39,173 nucleotides of DNA from Escherichia phage CY1, in sequence record OM937123.1, one strand, 5' to 3'. Positions 36,831 to 39,173 of the stretch are shown in pieces. Numbering within the stretch: the stretch's first letter is position 1; the number at the start of each line of letters is the position of its first letter. Position numbers and translations under genes: made by a program. Under the pieces are notes generated by a model. The model worked only from the letters and a program-made list of their open reading frames with translations. It had not been told where the DNA came from and did no database searches.

Positions 36831-39113
36831 ATGGCTAGTAATATTCAATCAGCTCTGGCTAATCGGACTATGGGTCGTGGCAGAGCGCCGGGTAAAACTA
36901 TCGCCGTCAACTATCAAGCAGCCAACGTTCAGGCTCCGACTGGGGACTCCGGGCTGGCTCGTGCATTGACTAACTTCGTTGAGTCTGGGACAGGATTGTA
37001 CAAGCAGTTCAAGGACGAGGAGAAGACACGGGCCGACGAGCGGTCTAACGAGATTATCCGTAAGCTGACACCTCAGCAAAGACGTGAGGCTATCCAGAAC
37101 GGCACATTGCTGTATCAGGATGACCCTTACGCTATGGAAGCACTTAGAGTCAAGACTGGTCGTAATGCTGCCTTTGCTGTAGACGACGAGATTACCGTTA
37201 AGATTCAGAACGGTGAGTTCCGTACACGTCAAGACATGGAAGAGTATCGCCACCAGCGACTTCAGGATGCAGCCAAGTCCTATGCTGAAGAGGCGGGTAT
37301 TAACCCTACCGACGAGTTCTTCCAGCGTGGATTCAACGATAACATCACGGACCGAAACATCGCTATCTACGGGTCCTTCAATAAGTATTTCAGCAAGCAG
37401 TCTGAAGAGACAGCAATGTTGAACACTCGTATTGAGCTGAACTCGTTCCTTAACGATGGGGACCTGATGCGTTCGCCTGAGTCTGGAAAGACCTTCATGG
37501 CCTACCTTCGGGATGGACTGACGACTGCTGCTATACCTTCGGACCAGAGAGCACGAGAGGTCATCACCCAGACGGTCCGTGACGCAATCCAGAAGTCAGG
37601 AGGCTCAAACTTCCTACAGCAAGTCCGTGGCGAGCGTATCACCCTTAATGGTGTTGACGCTACCATCGAAGAGATTGTAGGACCTGACGTCTTCAATGCT
37701 GCTATGGTTGAGGCCCAAGGTACTGAGTATAAACTGGTGGCTAAGTATCAGGAAGACTTGGCGTTAGGCGTTCAGTCTGCGATTCTTCAGGATGACCCAA
37801 CCATTGGTCTGGCCCAGATTCAGAAACTCAAGGAGCAGAACAACCTGCTTCAACCGGGTGAAGAACTCACGCCTCAGCGTCAGATGCTTATTAATGCCGA
37901 AGCCAGCTTGCTTGAAGCGGTCAAGCGTAAGTCTGCTGAACAGGCGAAGGAGAACACTAAGTTAATCCAGACCCAGAACAAGCAACTGGTCATTGACCAA
38001 GTGTATCAGCGACGTCTGGCTGGGGACAATGTGTCCACCAACTATGAGGACCTTCCGGTCTCTGAAGCTACAGGAGAGTTCAAGCGTTCAGACATGAACA
38101 ACTATGCGTCTGCCAAGCTACAGCAGATTGACCAGATGGACATCCCTGAGGCTGCTAAGGACGCTCAGAAGGTGGCATTGTTGAGGGCTGACACTAACAA
38201 TGGTCCTTTCCGTAATGCCTTCCAGACGCTTACTCAGGACGCTGCTGGTGAGTGGCAAGCTGCGGTCATCCGTGGGCAGTACGACCCAGACAAGATGCAA
38301 CGCTTCGAATCTCTTCGTCGTTCCTACACTCAGGACCCTTCAAGTTTTGCTGCTCTGTATCCTGACCAAGCTCAGTTGTTCTCTACGTTCGACCAGATGG
38401 ACAAGATGGGTCTGGACCCTCAGACGATGATTGAAGCTGATAAGCAAGCTGCAAGTCAAAGCCGTGAGATGCGCATGGAGTCAGACAAGGCGTGGCAGGA
38501 GTTGAAGAACGACTCCAAGAACACCCAGTTGTCTCGTCTCCCAACGTCTCTGGATGCAAGTGCTCGTAAGGTCTGGGACTCATGGTACTATCGTACAGGT
38601 AACGCTGACGCTGCAACTCAGCAGACTCAACGCTGGCTGAATGAAAATACCGTAACGTTCCAGTCTGAAGGTTCTGACGGTAAGTCCATTGGCATGGTGT
38701 CAAAGCACCAGCTTATGGTAGGGGATAACCCAGAGTCGTGGCAGGTTGGTCGAGACATTATCGACACCGCTCGTAAGCAGCTCATTAAGGCCAACCCTTG
38801 GGTAGTGAACTCTCAGTTGTCCGTTGTTGAACAGAACGGCTCTATCTTCCTCCAAGACGCTACAGGGACTATTCGTATTCGCTACGATAAAGAACTTGTA
38901 GGTAAACTCTACCGCGAACAACAGCAGAAGGCACAAGATGCCGCATACGCTAAGGCAGAACGTGAAGCTAACAAGCGAGCGCGTATCGTCGGGACTAAAG
39001 CTGCTGGTGACAAACGTCGAGCTGACCGAGAGGCCAACATCGAGAAGCGCGGTGGGATGTATAATGACGTCTCATTGGAGGGTATCGCAAACGTACTAAT
39101 CGGTAAGGAGTAA
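36831..39113 (+). CDS. gp15: Internal virion protein C (gene 15 homologue), 760 aa
   Basis: Size (T7 gp15 is about 747 aa), synteny directly before gp16, SD AGAGGAGG; its last 22 codons are duplicated at window positions 1-67. Confidence 0.9.
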   Translation: MASNIQSALANRTMGRGRAPGKTIAVNYQAANVQAPTGDSGLARALTNFVESGTGLYKQFKDEEKTRADERSNEIIRKLTPQQRREAIQNGTLLYQDDPYAMEALRVKTGRNAAFAVDDEITVKIQNGEFRTRQDMEEYRHQRLQDAAKSYAEEAGINPTDEFFQRGFNDNITDRNIAIYGSFNKYFSKQSEETAMLNTRIELNSFLNDGDLMRSPESGKTFMAYLRDGLTTAAIPSDQRAREVITQTVRDAIQKSGGSNFLQQVRGERITLNGVDATIEEIVGPDVFNAAMVEAQGTEYKLVAKYQEDLALGVQSAILQDDPTIGLAQIQKLKEQNNLLQPGEELTPQRQMLINAEASLLEAVKRKSAEQAKENTKLIQTQNKQLVIDQVYQRRLAGDNVSTNYEDLPVSEATGEFKRSDMNNYASAKLQQIDQMDIPEAAKDAQKVALLRADTNNGPFRNAFQTLTQDAAGEWQAAVIRGQYDPDKMQRFESLRRSYTQDPSSFAALYPDQAQLFSTFDQMDKMGLDPQTMIEADKQAASQSREMRMESDKAWQELKNDSKNTQLSRLPTSLDASARKVWDSWYYRTGNADAATQQTQRWLNENTVTFQSEGSDGKSIGMVSKHQLMVGDNPESWQVGRDIIDTARKQLIKANPWVVNSQLSVVEQNGSIFLQDATGTIRIRYDKELVGKLYREQQQKAQDAAYAKAEREANKRARIVGTKAAGDKRRADREANIEKRGGMYNDVSLEGIANVLIGKE

Positions 39114-39173
39114 CATAATGGCGACTCGTGGTATTCGCAATAACAATCCGGGTAACATCCGGGTAAGTAAGGA
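39047..39173. repeat. 127-bp exact duplicate of window positions 1-127; carries the gp15 stop and the first 18 codons of a second, truncated copy of gp16 (39118-39173)
   Basis: Sequence identity to 1-127 read directly; ATGGCGACTCGTGGTATTCGC... is the gp16 start. Confidence 0.85.

Overview
The window is a complete T7-like podovirus genome (Autographiviridae, T7/T3-type organisation) of about 39,046 unique bp, circularly permuted so that it opens at the last codons of gene 15 and ends in the first codons of gene 16. The first and last 127 bp are identical, which is most likely an assembler circularisation overlap. All convincing genes are on the + strand in canonical T7 order: structural genes gp16 and gp17, holin, small terminase, spanins, large terminase and gp19.5; then the genome-end region with short-repeat arrays and host-type early promoters; then ocr-like gene 0.3, small early ORFs, the single-subunit RNA polymerase, gene 1.2, ligase, gene 1.6/1.7, gene 2, SSB, endonuclease I, amidase, primase-helicase, DNA polymerase, exonuclease, portal, scaffold, capsid 10A/10B, tail tubular A/B and internal virion proteins gp13-gp15. 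I found eleven phage-RNAP promoters (core aACTATCACTATAGGa, one of them degenerate), conserved RNase III-type hairpins, and TE-like and Tphi-like terminators. No tRNA, CRISPR, integrase or lysogeny genes were seen. The lineage-specific content worth attention is: a GDSL/SGNH esterase domain in the tail fibre, a non-T7 N-terminal domain and a coiled-coil insertion in gp16, an Endo VII-type HNH endonuclease between genes 13 and 14, an ASCH/DUF3850-like gene between genes 11 and 12, an ocr-like gene with a C-terminal extension, a frameshifted gene 1.1, no recognisable 0.7 kinase, and a phage promoter directly upstream of the RNAP gene. All homology statements are from reading the supplied translations against remembered T7 proteins; no database search was run.
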